Shown here one piece after another: positions 19,448-20,970 of a DNA stretch of 20,970 nucleotides (position 1 is its first letter; each line of letters starts with the position of its first letter). The position numbers and the translations under genes were made by a program. Under the pieces are notes generated by a model. The model was not told the origin of the DNA. It saw only the letters and a list, made by a program, of their open reading frames with translations, and made no database searches. The stretch covers positions 1 through 20,970 of the forward strand of contig JAYQLI010000023.1 in assembly GCA_038143065.1 (NCBI GenBank), read 5' to 3'. The stretch comes from Rhodospirillales bacterium (GTDB taxonomy: Bacteria; Pseudomonadota; Alphaproteobacteria; Bin95).

Positions 19448-20652
19448 ATGTCGAAGATCTGTTCGCTTTGTGGGGTCCAGCTCTCTGAAAAAGTTCTTGG
19501 ACCTCAGGCAACAGCCGCTCAGCGAACAAGCACCCCACAAGAACAATTTGCCGACGAACGCTTTTTTCCACTCAGAAGTTTACGTCTGCGAAAGTTGCAG
19601 AAATGTTCAGCTTGGTCACTGGTTCCGCGCGCGTTGATGTTTGAGGACTACTACTATCTTTCCGTCCGTGAATGGCGGATTGGTTCGCCACTTCGAAGCG
19701 CTGGCCCAAGAGTTGTCGAAACGAATTTCGTTGTTGATGTTGGCTCGAACGACGGAGTGTTGCTGCGACCGCTCAAAAAGCTGGGCGTGCGCGCTAGGGG
19801 TTGAACCGTCGAGAAATGTTTCGAAACTAGCTCAAGACGAGGGACTGGACACACTGTGCGCTTCTGTTGACCAGGACACGGCGCGGCAGATCCTCGAGAG
19901 CCACGGACCCGCCGATGTAATCGTTGCTAGCAGTGTCTTCACACATCTGGACGACCCCAACGCGTTTATCGAGGCTATCGACCTACTTCTGGCAGATGAC
20001 GGCGTATTGGTGATCGAAGTCAGAATATATCCTCAATATGATCGATGCGAGTACAGTTCAGAACGCTTCTATCTAGACCGGATATTCTACTCGATCTCAT
20101 CGCACGCGAGCGCACTTTTCGCTGGGCATGGAATGGTCCTCACTAAGATTGACTCGGTGGCTCAGCATGGCGGATCTTTGAGGTTCACCATCAAGCGAGC
20201 AACCGCCGCGGCTCCGCGGCCGATATTGAAAGGCTGATTGCCGTCGAACTTGAAACGCTTTGAACACAGCGGCATTGAGGGATTTTGGCGCTGAAATGCA
20301 CAGAACTCGTTACTGCGCTCGTTGAAGTATTAAACGGCTGGAAGTCAGAAGGTCGCAAGGTCTCGGGTTATGACGCCCCGGCGCTGCCTCTCGACTATTA
20401 CGAACTTTGGCTCCATCAGCACAGAACTCTCGCCATTCACCGTCGATGACAGCCCATTAAAACAGGGACGGTTTTCTCCGGGCAGCATGTTCCAATCGTA
20501 ACATCAACAGAACTGGATGCATACGCACCGGAGATCCTTATTGTTTTTGCTTATGAGTACATCGATGATATCCCGGCGCAAGACCGGTAACGCCTATACC
20601 TATATGAGTGCCGATCCCGTTGATCGAGCTTACGGAAAACACAACAATCTAA
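19448..20652 (+). CDS. SAM-dependent NDP-sugar C-methyltransferase-like protein (Zn-binding N-terminus, class I MTase core, C-terminal domain); frameshifted
   Basis: GGAGG RBS, MSKICSLCG...DLRQQPL...FPLEVYVCESCRNVQL (two CxxC), VVDVGSNDGVLL, LGVEPS, ADVIVASSVFTHLDDP, GVLVIEV, HGGSLR, VDDSPLKQGRFSPG. Confidence 0.85.
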
Positions 20653-20666
20653 GCGAGGGCACGGAA

Positions 20667-20970
20667 TTGGATAAAACTACTAAACTGATCGTCGAGCGAC
20701 TTGGCAGTGATGCGCAAAGGTTCTCAGGTAAAACAGTGCTTCTGGCCGGTGGCGCTGGATTTCTCGGGAAACACTTCCTTAGCGTTTTCCAGAAATTGAA
20801 CAGATCCGTACTGGACGCGCCCTGTTCCGTTATCTCGGTCGACAACTACATTACCGGCAGCAGATATTTTGACGACAAGATAACCCACGATCCCAACATC
20901 ACGCAGGTCTGGGATGATGTGACCCACCCTTTGCCAATTCGGACCGATATCGATTTCATCATTCACGGGG
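20667..20970 (+). CDS. NAD-dependent epimerase/dehydratase (UDP-glucuronate decarboxylase-like extended SDR), 5' part only
   Basis: TTG at 20667 gives DKTTKLIVERLGSDAQRFSGKTVLLAGGAGFLG...SVDNYITG...DVTHPLP..DIDFIIH. The gene runs off the end of the window. Confidence 0.8.
   Translation, partial: MDKTTKLIVERLGSDAQRFSGKTVLLAGGAGFLGKHFLSVFQKLNRSVLDAPCSVISVDNYITGSRYFDDKITHDPNITQVWDDVTHPLPIRTDIDFIIHG

Noticed and set aside
1-20970. CRISPR arrays, tRNA/rRNA genes, tandem repeats
   Set aside because: By eye I found no regularly spaced repeats or recognisable structural RNA gene sequences. A covariance-model search was not possible.

Overview
This looks like alphaproteobacterial (Rhodobacteraceae-like) accessory DNA. 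Almost every gene is broken by single-base indels, probably long-read consensus errors, so the genes below were reassembled across reading frames by eye and their ends are approximate. (1) A tightly coupled eight-gene minus-strand operon at about 183-10246 is transcribed divergently from a LysR regulator. It encodes tctC-tctB-tctA (tripartite tricarboxylate transporter), an isocitrate-lyase-family lyase, a family III CoA-transferase, a CitE-like acyl-CoA lyase, a ~1070-aa B12-dependent catabolic reductive dehalogenase apparently fused to a flavin/NAD(P)H/2Fe-2S reductase, and an RNase Z/arylsulfatase-like MBL hydrolase. (2) Next to it is a compact tyrosine/homogentisate operon, hppD-hmgA-maiA-fahA, with a divergent Lrp/AsnC regulator. 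(3) An IS3-family element follows, with a recognisable -1 frameshift signal. (4) An unexplained ~0.9 kb segment comes next, then the start of a nucleotide-sugar cluster (NDP-sugar C-methyltransferase and a UDP-glucuronate decarboxylase-like SDR). The main candidate novel system is the dehalogenase operon with its two C-C lyases and CoA-transferase. It may degrade a halogenated organic acid or halotyrosine derivative and feed the adjacent homogentisate route.
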